DNA from: Selaginella moellendorffii
Taxonomy: Eukaryota > Plantae > Lycopodiophyta
Length of the DNA stretch: 64,000 bases
Assembly (NCBI RefSeq): GCF_000143415.4
Contig: NW_003314268.1
Location: 3,232,559-3,296,558 of the forward strand
Direction of reading: 5' to 3'
A model generated the notes under the pieces. That model was not told the origin of the DNA. It saw nothing but the letters and a program-made list of their open reading frames with translations, and did no database searches. Positions 1 to 10,845 of this stretch are shown here, piece by piece. The position numbers and the translations under genes are program-made. Numbering within the stretch: the first letter of the stretch is position 1; every line of letters begins with the position of its first letter.

Positions 1-110
1 CTTGATGAGAGAGCCCTTAGTGGCTATTTTATCCCCATTTATCCCCCAAGGTTCCAAGGATCCACGGTGACAGTATATCCAAATCTCATCCCATGATCAC
101 ATGCGCTACA
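1..110 (-). mobile_element. Part of a TRIM-family LTR (truncated by the window edge)
   Basis: Near-identical to the LTRs at 555-715, 1392-1553 and 7410-7571; ends ...GCGCTACA at 110. Confidence 0.8.
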
Positions 111-554
111 CTAAAGAAGGAATAAAAGAATAAGATGGAAACATATGAAGAAGTAATGAGGAGATAAAAGTGATGGAAATAAAGGTAAAAGAAAAAAAAT
201 AAAAGGAATAAAAGTGAAAGGAATGGATAAAATATAAAAAAGTATGAGATAAGGGAGAGAAACTTTAAAGTCATACTTGGCATGATTGCACTCCAACCAC
301 TTTTGACAATATTTTTTGCTTAACATAACATTATGAAACTTTATTTCTTCCACTTCTTGCTACACATATTTCAACTCTACTTTTTGTGGGAGATAATCCT
401 ATTCTAATGGAGGTTGATGCTACTGTTTCCTGAGTTCAAGTACAAAAGCAAGGATGTAGTCATGGCCATGATATCCATTACTATGTGTGTGATGAGGTTG
501 GTCACACGTATCGGTATTATTGTCATTTTCCAAATTGGCATTCTCCATTTTTTG

Positions 555-1553
555 TGTAGCACACTTTATTTCTCTCCCCTTAATCTAACTAGAAAAAGGG
601 CAATTGCTTGTTGAGAAAGCCTTTAGTAGCTATTTTACCCTATTTATCCCCCAAGGTTCCAAGGATCTGTAATGACAATATATCCAAATCTCATCCCATG
701 ATCATATATGCTACACTCACCCCCCCTTCAAAGATGTTAATGTCTCCATTAACTATTGACTAACAACCTCTACTGAGCTAAAGGGAACTAACACTTCCAT
801 TTCTGCACTAAATGTATCAATCCTTCCATTGTGTAAACTAACTATTCCATGTGAGGTATTCCCATTTCTCTCCTAAGGTTCCAAAGATCCATAATGACAA
901 TATATTCAAATCTCATCCCATGATCACATGTGCTACATTCACCCCCCCTTCAGAGAAATGTCAATGTCTCCATTGACTATTGACTAATAACCCCTACTAA
1001 GCCAAAGGGAACCAACACCTCCATTTCCACACTGAATGTACCAATCCCCCCTTCAGAGAAATGTCAATGTCTCCATTGACTATTGACTAATAACCCCTAC
1101 TAAGCCAAAGGGAACCAACACCTCCATTTCCACACTGAATGTACCAATCCTTTTATTGTGTAGATTAGTTATTCCATGTGAGATAACTAATCATCCACCC
1201 ATACCACAGTCCCATAGTGGATACTTTTGTCTGTGGATGCTCCACCAAGAGGAAGGATGTACATATATCTACTTAATATGTATGATTTCAAATTTAGGGG
1301 TAGGAATATACCTTGCTCAAGGGTATATCATATTTTTAAGTAGCCACTAATTAATAGGAATCGAACTCGTGCTATTTTCTCTGATACCACATGTAGCGCA
1401 CTTTATCTCTCTCTCCTTAAGCCAACTGAAAAAGGGGTAATTGCTTGATAAGAGAGCCCTTGGTGGCTATTTTATCCCCATTTATCCTTCAAGGTTCCAA
1501 AGATCCATGGTGACAGTATATCCAAATCTCATCCCATGATCACATACGCTACA
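555..1553 (-). mobile_element. TRIM (non-autonomous miniature LTR retrotransposon)
   Basis: ~160-bp LTRs TGTAGC...GCTACA at 555-715 and 1392-1553; tRNA-Met PBS (CTCTGATACCA on +, ~1379-1389); PPT (CTCACCCCCCC on +, from 716); 5-bp TSD TTTTG at 550-554 and 1554-1558. Confidence 0.9.
943..1150. repeat. Tandem duplication, 103-bp period, inside the TRIM
   Basis: CTTCAGAGAAATGTCAATG... at 948 and 1051; the units are essentially identical. Confidence 0.9.
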
Positions 1554-1789
1554 TTTTGGGTAAAGACTTTGGCATTAATAATGTCCTATTGGTATTGTTG
1601 TAGTGGAAGTTCTGAACACCAAAATGCTTATGGGAAATAAGGAGTCACATGAGTAGTGGGGAGTTATTACGTGAATAAGTTAATGTCCACTCTATCATTC
1701 TTTTATAAGTATCATTAAGGGGTTCATTTAGTAATAATTTATCCAGTGTTTATATTTTAAGCTCGTTTTTATAATAAAAAGGTATCCTA

Positions 1790-2060
1790 TTATTCTCTCT
1801 ATATTGGTTGATACATGCTTGAGTTTAACTTTTATTACTCAGCTTGTTGCCACACATTACTGTTTATATTTGCTTTGTACGGTATAACTAATTTTCATTC
1901 TTTATGGCAATTGCCATACACACACATATGTAGGGGATAAGGTGGACTTAATTGTGCATGTAGGTGATTTTAAGCTTAAGCTTTAGTCGTTGCGGGTGAT
2001 GCCAAGTCAAGCCTTTAACTTCATCCTTGATATGGATTAGTTGCAATAAGTGTATGCACA
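1790..2060 (+). mobile_element. Degenerate Ty3/gypsy aspartic protease remnant
   Basis: Fragments ILVDTCLSLTFI and FNFILDMD*L resemble the LVDSG..NFI and DVILGMDWL protease motifs. Confidence 0.4.
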
Positions 2061-2169
2061 AATCTTACAAGATTTTAATAAAGTGCTAGCCACAACATTC
2101 TTAACTTAATCCTCTTTAACATATTTGGCTCCGCACAAAGCAAGAGGCTCTAGAAATGATTAAATTGCA

Positions 2170-2375
2170 TCACTAACTCAAATAGCCCTTGATGAAAATG
2201 ATGCAATTGTTGGAAAGTATCATCACAATTATCAACATGTCCAAATGCACGTTTGAAGATGTCTAGGAGAATGCTCCAATCCACATAAGTGGCTATGCCT
2301 AAATCATGGTACCACTATAATGTCATCTTTAGAGACACATAAGAAACACATTAGATGCTCCAGTATGAATCTCAT
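2170..2375 (-). mobile_element. Degenerate retrotransposon gag remnant
   Basis: Minus strand reads WYHDLGIATYVDWSILLDIFKRAF (Retrotrans_gag-like); homologous copy at ~54880-55080. Confidence 0.5.
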
Positions 2376-3725
2376 TGCAAGACAAGAGGAAGGTCATGTA
2401 AAAAAATATATTTTTCTTCTCCTTTTGCAGTTGATAGATGGACATGGCTACCTCTTCTACATGCTGGAATGCAGCTCAAACACCCAAGCATTAGCACCAC
2501 ATCGTAGCAATCCACGTAGCTGAGGAGCTGCCAGTAGGAGACGACCTCTCTATCACTACCCTCGCGCAGCTCCTCCTTGGATTTCTTGAAATTCTCTGTG
2601 TGATCAGTGCCGTTAGATGCATACTGCTGCCCAGGGCAAGAAATCCTTGCCATGCATTCCCTGCCGCATTTGACATTGCAACTTTGCCTTGGGAATCGTG
2701 ATGTCTCACCCGGCATCTCTAGAATTGGGGCCATGGACACCGAAATATTTGGCAAGCCGCAGAGATCACACACTAGATACCATCAATCATGCACTCTAGA
2801 TGGTGGTGTGGCCCTTGTGCTCCTCCTTGGATCACAGAATCATAGAAATTGCCCACTTGCAGCCGAAGAAGTGTCATGCATTGATCAAGTGCATTTGAGC
2901 GACATAAAGAACTTAAATAGGGCTACTCTCCAAGTGCCACATCCCCTTCCCAAGAATTTGCCCTGGAAGAGAGCCATTTTGCCATACACTTGTTACAAGG
3001 CCACCCCAGGCCCGGGCCAGGGCCAGTGGCCATGGTTAGCGGGAATATCGGCTCAATGTTGTGGCAGCCAATGGGCGGGATGCATGTGTGGCCAGGAAGG
3101 GAAGAGGGCGTGGTGACAAGTTTTTATTTTACTGTTCTAAATAAAATGTAAGCTTAAGCTTTTGTGGAATAAACTCCTGGCTATACTCAAATCCTAGAGC
3201 TGACTGGCATCATGGCAGCAAGTGTGGGTGATGCAAGGTATGCAAGTGACCTAAAGGTGTGTGCAACCTGAAGGTGTCAAGGGAGTTCTTTGAGCTGTCA
3301 AAGGAGGAGAAGTTGAAGTACTTTGAGCTACTGAAGGAGGAGAAGTTGAAGTATGCTGCCAATGTATTGTGTGGCTTAAGTTGCTAACAATGGGAAGCAA
3401 TAAGTGGCTGTTTCAACGATGCGTGCTTATGGGCTTTCTTAGGTGTCTCGAATGCTGTGTTAGGTAACCTGATGCTAGTGTAGGAGCAATACTTGGGGCT
3501 GCAACTCAAAATTGTAAAGCTGTGGATTATAGAGATTGGTAAACACAACATTGGAGCTATTTCATTGTTCTTGAGTGTGCTTCGCAAAATTCTAATATTT
3601 TCCTTTCAGATCCAATATATCCAACTGTAAGCAATTCTAAAATATATAGATTATATATAATTATACAATTATATTTATATATATATTATATTCTATTCTG
3701 CATTTCTATTTTGCATAAACTTCTA

Positions 3726-3731
<6 letters not shown>

Positions 3732-3808
<77 letters not shown>
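3732..3808. repeat. Compound (CT)n(AT)n microsatellite
   Basis: Directly visible. Confidence 0.95.
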
Positions 3809-3906
3809 AACCTTAAATCTATAATCAAACTGACTGAAAATGCCTTGCCTCCACCATCTTTTAAGAGCCATATAACATAGTAAACAATCCAATGGAGATT
3901 TAGATG

Positions 3907-4194
3907 ATGCTTTATTTCGTTAAAGTGGGACTTTTCATTATCCCACTTATGGTGTGTGGCCACATGCCATTTTTATAACAACAATAAAAAATTGAAGTTT
4001 TAACTTTATAATTTATAAATTAAAAACTTTTCATATGAAATTGTGTTATAATATTGTGAAATATAAAAAATTAAATTAAAAAATTGATAGAAATATTAAT
4101 AAATATTAATTAAGTACTAGGAAATGGCATGTGGACACATGCTAATTAATGTCCTACTTTACTGAATAAGTCCCACTTTAATGAAATAAAGCAT
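3907..4194. repeat. Nested inverted repeat (foldback/MITE-like)
   Basis: ATGCTTTATTTCGTTAAAGTGGGACTT (3907-) is the near-perfect reverse complement of AAGTCCCACTTTAATGAAATAAAGCAT (-4194); inner pair CACATGCCATTT/AAATGGCATGTG. Confidence 0.7.
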
Positions 4195-4494
4195 GATGCC
4201 TCTGAAACTATGATAGATCATGATACACATACTATAGCTGTTCAAATAATCATGATAATGATTATATACACCAATCAGTTGGATAGTTAGAAGCATCTAG
4301 AACCTTACATGCATGTCATAATGATGATTACATATATCAAGCAATATTAAATCAACCACTCCCACCCATGAATACCACACTAGCAAGCTATAGTATTTAT
4401 AATGGCGCCCAAGAACATTGGATTGTGGAGGTACACTACAGCTTTGGATCAGCTTCCCCGCACCATAAAAGTAGGGGGAGTGTGAAATGTTTTA

Positions 4495-4580
4495 GAGTGG
4501 GTTATTAAACTGTGACTATGGCATTGAATCCTATCAGACCTCCAAAGTTAAGTGTCCCTGGGCATAAATAAATTTTGAGT
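4495..4580 (+). pseudogene. Degenerate 5S rRNA-derived sequence
   Basis: GCATTGAATCCTATCAGACCTCCAAAGTTAAGTGTCCCTGGGC aligns by eye to plant 5S GCACCGGATCCCATCAGAACTCCGCAGTTAAGCGTGCTTGGGC; 3' part (box C) missing. Confidence 0.6.
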
Positions 4581-6642
4581 ATTTTTCCATAGCATATAAG
4601 TGTATGGTCTTTAAATACCACTTACAATTGTGAATGTAAGGTGTATTTGCTAAATTGTGTCATTAGTTAGTTATTAATTAGGATATAAGTCAGAAATAAA
4701 GTGTTATGATTGTCACCATGTGGCATGGCAAGCAAGTCTGCATACAAGGTAAAATACACTAAACTCTATGAGAACAAGCCAAAAGAGCATGCCACGTGTC
4801 AATGTGGCAAACATTGAAAACCATAAAACTCAATAAGCCAAACATATGCCACATATCAAAATAAAATGAGAATATATCTAGGGCCTAACATATTGGGTGC
4901 CCAATATATCTAGGGCCTGACATATCTGGGGCCTAATATATGTTTTAAAATTTATATTAAAACATAAATTTTAATATGAGTAGTTTATCATTCGTTTGTA
5001 CTTTTTGTAATGCATTGCATTTTAAAGATGAAAACTCTTCATTATGCTTCTAGAATAACCAAGTTAAATTACCCCCAATTTCACCTTTACCATTTGATAT
5101 ACTTTCACTTTACAAGCAAACTAATAACTCTAATTTTAGAACAAATATTAGACACCACAATAGTGCTCTTGCTTTCACATCTATATCTTCTAATATTGAT
5201 ATTGTAAAAGGTCATGGTCCTTATTGCTTTAAAATTCATGGTCAAATATATCATAATATTGTGGCAGCACATCCTTCTAAAGGTCAATATCGAACTTATG
5301 GACAACTTTATATGCTTGACACTCTAGAAGCTACAGATATAAGAAAGCAAAACCCTTTTAATTTAAGCTGTAAGACAAACTTACTTGCACTAAAAACATC
5401 TTGATGCTCTCCTTTGTCATGTTAATCCATATGCTCAAGCTTTCAAAATGATGTATGAAATGGAACAAAAAGAAACTTGTTCTACTACACTTCAGGTTAT
5501 CTCATAGGTGGTGTTTACATGTTATTAAAAACTGAAGGAATTGATCCACAATGCTATAATAATCCACGAACAAATGATGTTGCTATTGTGTTTGTTAGAT
5601 GGAGAGCCATCATATACTTGTGAAATTTATACATATCCAACTATAAACAACTCTAAATGTATCTCAACACTTGATTATAATTGTGATCCAATGGTTTACC
5701 CATTAATATTTCTATTTGGTGACAAAGGCTGGCACAAAAATATTTTTAATTCCAGATATCAAATTATATTACTCCAATATTATGCATATCATTTATCTAT
5801 AAGAGACATAATATACCTTGGTTTTGATCAAATTTTACATGCAAAAAAACTCACACAATAATATATAATCGATGCTTCTGTAAAAGTTGAAAGCAATAAT
5901 TTGAATTACTATTGCCCTCATAAGAAACAACTGCAAGTTGAAATGTATATTGGTCTTATAGATTATGTTGCAAACCATGCTACTAATGAAAATATAAATC
6001 CACACAAGATTATTATGTTACCTTCAAGTTTTGGGGTGGCCCTAGAGCAATGCAACAAAATTATCAAGATGCAATAGCTATAGTTACTCATTTCTCAAAG
6101 CCAAATCTTTTCATTACTTTTACATGAAATCCTAAATAGCTAGAAATTTCTAAAAACTTACATCCAAATGAAGGCCTTGAAGATCATCTAGACTTGGTTT
6201 CTAGAGTATTTCATATCAAGCTTAAAGAATTTTTAAATAATATTACTAAAAAAATATTTTTGAAAATTGTATTTTTTTTATATATATAATTGAATTTCAA
6301 AAGAGAGGCCTTCCACATTGTCACTTTCTAGGTATATTATCTCATGAAAACAAAATTAAACACCATGATACTATTAACCAGTATATAATAGTACAATTGC
6401 TTGATCCTCAAGATGAACTTGAAATTTTTAAAATAATACATCTCATATGATATATAGTTTATGTAGGCCTCTTTCCTCTAATAGTCCTTGCATGGCAATT
6501 GGCATTTGCTCAAAAGGTTATCCAAAACCATTTAATTATAAAATTACTTTTAGTATTGATAGATGTCCAGATTATTATAAACTTGATAATGGCTGCACAT
6601 TTCTAAAAAATGGGCGTTATATTAATAATCATTGGGTAGTAT

Positions 6643-7571
6643 TGTAGTGCACATGGTTTTTACCCTTTATCCTATGGTGATTTACCATAGGATAACACTA
6701 CGAAGCGGAACCTAAACCCTCTTTGTGCCACGTGACAGATGCCATGTGTCACATGCCACATGTCCAAAGGACAGTGGTGCGGAACCTGAGTTTTAAGGCC
6801 TTGGGCCACTGAACGAAGGAACAGTGCCAAACTCCCAAGCTTGGAGCCAATGAGTGACGGAACCGAATCATGAAACAACTCCCGAACATACAGCCCAAAG
6901 AGCAAAAGGATAGGAGCCTGAAGCGACTTGGAGCAGTCCTGGAGCAACCAACATCCTAATGCCAGGACCAACATGCAAAATGGAGCCAAACGGAGTCCGG
7001 CGCTATTTCGGCATACCGGTGGGCTAACATGAAGACATGGGTACTCCACCAGCTCCACGGTGACAGTATATCCAAATCTCATGATAATCAATGTCTCATA
7101 ATCTCAGATATCAATGTCCTCATTTACTATTGTACTCCATTTCTGCATTGAATCTACCAATCCTTCCATTGTATAGACCAATTATTCCATGTGAGGCGAC
7201 TAGTCATCCACCCGTACCGCAATCCCAGAGTGGATACCTTTGTCCATGGATACTCCACACAAGAGGAAGGACGTACGCATGGATGCCCAATTCGTATGAT
7301 TTCAAATTTAGGGGTAGGAATATACCTTGCTCAAGGGTATATTATATTTTTTTTTAAGTAGCCACTAATCAATGGGAATCGAACCCGTGCCATTTGCTCC
7401 GATACCAACTGTAGCGCACCTTATCTCTCTCCTCTTAAGCCAACTGGAAAAGGGGCAATTGTTAGATAAGAGAGTCTTTAGTGGCTATTTTATCCCCATT
7501 TATCCCCCAAGGTTCTAAGGATCCACAGTGACAGTATATCCAAATCTTATCCCATGATCACATGCGCTACA
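6643..7571 (-). mobile_element. TRIM-related LTR element inserted into the Helitron Rep domain
   Basis: TG...CA ends; LTR 7410-7571; PBS at ~7397-7407; TSD AGTAT/AGTAC; removing it restores NNHWVV-PYNKYL. Confidence 0.85.
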
Positions 7572-9960
7572 AGTACCTTATAATAAATACCTTTATAAAA
7601 AATATAATGCTCATATTAATATTAAAATTTATGCTACTATAAAAAGTATTAAATATTTATTTCAATATGTCTATAAAGGTTATGATTGTGCTACAATTGA
7701 ATTCCATTTAGCAACCCAACAACCTGATAGTATTTTAAATTGGGATAAAATCTCAACTTTTCTAAATAGACATTATGTATCTGCTCCAAAGGCAATATGA
7801 AACTTTTTAAATTTAAAATGCATGGTTATTCGACCTCTATAATCTGCTTTCCAAATTTTCAAAATGTATATTTTATAGAAGGTTCTAAACAAATGGCACT
7901 TCAAAGAGCTACTCAATATTGATAAAATGGTTTGAATTAAATATAAATGATCCAAATGCTAGACAATATATATATCCTGAAATCCCTTTATATTATATAT
8001 TTAACCTTTATACTCATAATTAAAAAATTTGACATACAAGAAATGTCATTCCCCAAATATATTCTGTGTTGCTATCTAATGTTGAACTATATTATTTACG
8101 TCTTATTTTACTCCATAAAAAAGGTGTTATGTCTTTCAAAGATCTCAAGATAGTTATCAATATTTATTATGATATATTTCAACAAATTGCAAATGCAATA
8201 GGGCTTATAGCTAATGATACCAAATGGAAAAAATATTTAGAAAATGTTTGATTTTTTAGAATGCCATCACAATTAAGACAATTATTTGTATTACTTTGTA
8301 TCATTTGCACTCCAAAAGATCTTTACTTCTTATGGGATAAATTTAAAGATGTCCTCTTAGAGGATTTCATGCAAGTAAATATAATTTTTCATTATAAACA
8401 TGCTTTATATGATATAAATATTAAAATGAAAATGCATGGAAAAACTAATCAAAACTACCACCTACCTTTATCATCTGAAAATTTTGATAATAAAAATATT
8501 TTCAACTCAACACAAATATATCAAAATGTTAAACAAAATATTCCTTGATTAAATCAAGAACAATTAAATATTTTTAATGATATTCTTAATGTTATTGATC
8601 ACCTAACTGAGCATAATCAATACATTTTCATTGATGGACCTAGTGGTACTAATAAAATGTTTCTTCTTAACACTCTTATAAATATTTTACAACTGAAAAA
8701 AATAAACGTTATTAGCATGGCTTTGACAGAAATTGCAAGTACTTTACTTTATAATGGACACACCACTTTTAAACTTCATATTCTAATAAATGAAACATCA
8801 ACTTCTACTATAACTGCTAATAGTAAAGCAGGTATAAGAATCAAAACTACTTACATATTATTATGGGATGAAATAAGTATGGTTAATAGTCATGCATTCA
8901 CTGTTGTTTATTGAGTGTTGCAAGACCTAAAAAATACATCATTACCTTTTGGTGGCATAATTATTGTCACTAGTAGAGACTTTACATAGACACTTCCAAT
9001 CATTCCACATGGATATAGTGTATAAATTGTTTCAAGTTTTGTAATATCTTTGAAAATAAATATGTAACTTGCTTAAAGTGATAAATCATAAGTTAAATGG
9101 CTTCTCAAAGTCGAAAATGGTGAAAATTTTCAAAATTTACCATCTTTACCTTCTAACTCCATTTTATTACCTCATACACAACTAATTTATTGATCTATTA
9201 TTGATTTTATCTACCCTTCAATACTTGATATTTCAAATCCTTATATTGCAGCCAATTGAGTCATATTTACCCCATTTAACAATGACATATTTGCAATCAA
9301 CAACACTATTGTCTCTAAATTACAAGGTGATACATATATCTACAAAAGTGTTGATTTTGTTGATATTAAACATCTTGAAAACTTTCTAATAGAATTCCTA
9401 AATTTTATCACACCTTCTAGTCTCCCACCACACAAACTCTCTCTCAAACAAAATGCTATTTTTATCCTCCTAAGGAATATGTCTCCATCAGTAGGACTAT
9501 GCAATGGCATATGTCTCATCTTGAAAAGTGCACTACCAAATGTTTAAGATTGTGAAATTGTGATGGGGCAATTTAAAGGGACAAGAGTTTTTATCCCATA
9601 TATCACATTAATACCATCAAATATAAAAATTTCAAGTCCATTTAGGTTACTGCTTAACAATCTCCAAATGCCAAAGATATTTAATTGAGTTGGAGTTTAC
9701 TTGCCCCAGTAATTTTCACTCATGGATAACTTTATATAGCTTTATCAAGATACATGGATTTGGAATTAAACACGCTCTTCTATTTTTATAATCAACACTG
9801 TTTATAAAAAGGTTTAATATAAAACCTCTTTCTAAACCACATAGCATTTGCTAGGCAAGTATTGAGCAGCTGTTTGAAAGAACAAGTGTGCCAATTCAGA
9901 AGAACTCTAAATGTGGTGAACAAATATCTTTTTCTCTTTTTCTTTTTATCCATTTTGGCA

Positions 9961-10307
9961 ATGAATGCAAGGGCATTTTGCACTCCTCCATGTACTAGGT
10001 TTGCTTGGCAGCAGCATTGCTCGAGCAAAAGGGCTGTGGAAAGATCGGGGATCAAGCAGCTAAAGAAAAACTATAACCAAGTTATACTTTTCAAGATCGT
10101 CTCCCAAGATCCCCAAAAACTTTTCAGGAAGCAATGCAGAGAGCCCATCATCAAGAAATCCATCAAGAAGAGGGAATTTTTGCTAAAAAACCATTTGAAC
10201 TGGAGAACACACATAGCTGCGGTTTTTGCTGGTGCAATTTTGCTCGCAACTCTTGCATTTGCAGCCGATGCTCTCAAGATGTGCTCTTGTCTTCTGAAAG
10301 AATGCCA
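9961..10307 (+). pseudogene. VDE: Captured violaxanthin de-epoxidase exon (targeting peptide plus start of the Cys-rich domain)
   Basis: ...AILLATLAFAADALKMCSCLLKEC matches the VDE/NPQ1 mature N-terminus (DALKTCACLLKxCR); ends at a GTAATT donor; the following VDE exons are absent. Confidence 0.75.
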
Positions 10308-10746
10308 GTAATTGTATTCTTCTCTTTGAACTTTCTGATGCTTTAAACTTAATAATTGTTTCTTTTCTTTTCTGGTTTTTCCTTCTAAAGGAGAAATACT
10401 GGCAACAAAACCATGATGCTCAAATCTCGAAGCTATCCCAATCATCTGGTACTCACCTCACACACACAGGCAGCTGAGGCAAGATCTTTCTTTCACGCTT
10501 TCTTCACGCTAAAACTTTCAACATATCCAAGTCTCTGTGACATAAAACTCTTGGCCAATGTCTTTATCTTTTGGCTCAGATTTAAAGTTTTTTGAAAACT
10601 TCACTTTGCCAACCCACTAGCTTTCTGCTGGGCAAGTACTAGTTAATATATAGCATTAACCGTACTTAGTTGTGCACCTAGACCATTTTATTTATTTTCT
10701 ATTTGTTCTTAATTTTACGATACATTAGTTAACACCAGCAACTAAG

Positions 10747-10810
10747 GTGGACGTGCCAAGAGGTTACTGGGCTGTGGGCTGGCCCTCGCAGATTTGAATC
10801 CTGACGTCCC
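10747..10810 (+). pseudogene. tRNA-Ser pseudogene lacking the anticodon arm
   Basis: GTGGACGTGCC...GGGC|TGTGGGCTGGCCCTCGCAGATTTGAATCCTGACGTCC is colinear with the tRNA-Ser at 30341-30421 minus its ATGACTAGAAATCA segment. Confidence 0.7.
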
Positions 10811-10845
10811 TTTCTATGTTAAAAAATACGAAATAGTTCCGATGC

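Larger units (their letters stand above)
4976..10642 (+). mobile_element. Decayed autonomous-type Helitron (RepHel pseudogene ~4976-9755, 3' terminus at 10642; 5' end probably further left, possibly ~3781)
   Basis: Rep motifs in broken frames: CTFCNALH, HNSALAFTS, GPYCFKIHGQIYH, DPMVYPLIF, GGPRAMQQNYQDA, KPNLFITFT, EFQKRGLPHCH (HUH), WVV/PYN. PIF1 helicase motifs: FIDGPSGTNK, WDEISM, PFGG, LPPHKL, GLCNG, HG*LYIALSR. Hairpin followed by CTAG|T at 10613-10643. Confidence 0.92.

Noticed and set aside
3288-3353. 33-bp tandem duplication
   Set aside because: Ordinary repeat within unclassified TE debris
10134-10346. Cys-rich ORF (CGFCWC...CICSRC) as a zinc finger or CRC domain
   Set aside because: Alternative frame of the VDE-like exon, which explains the sequence better
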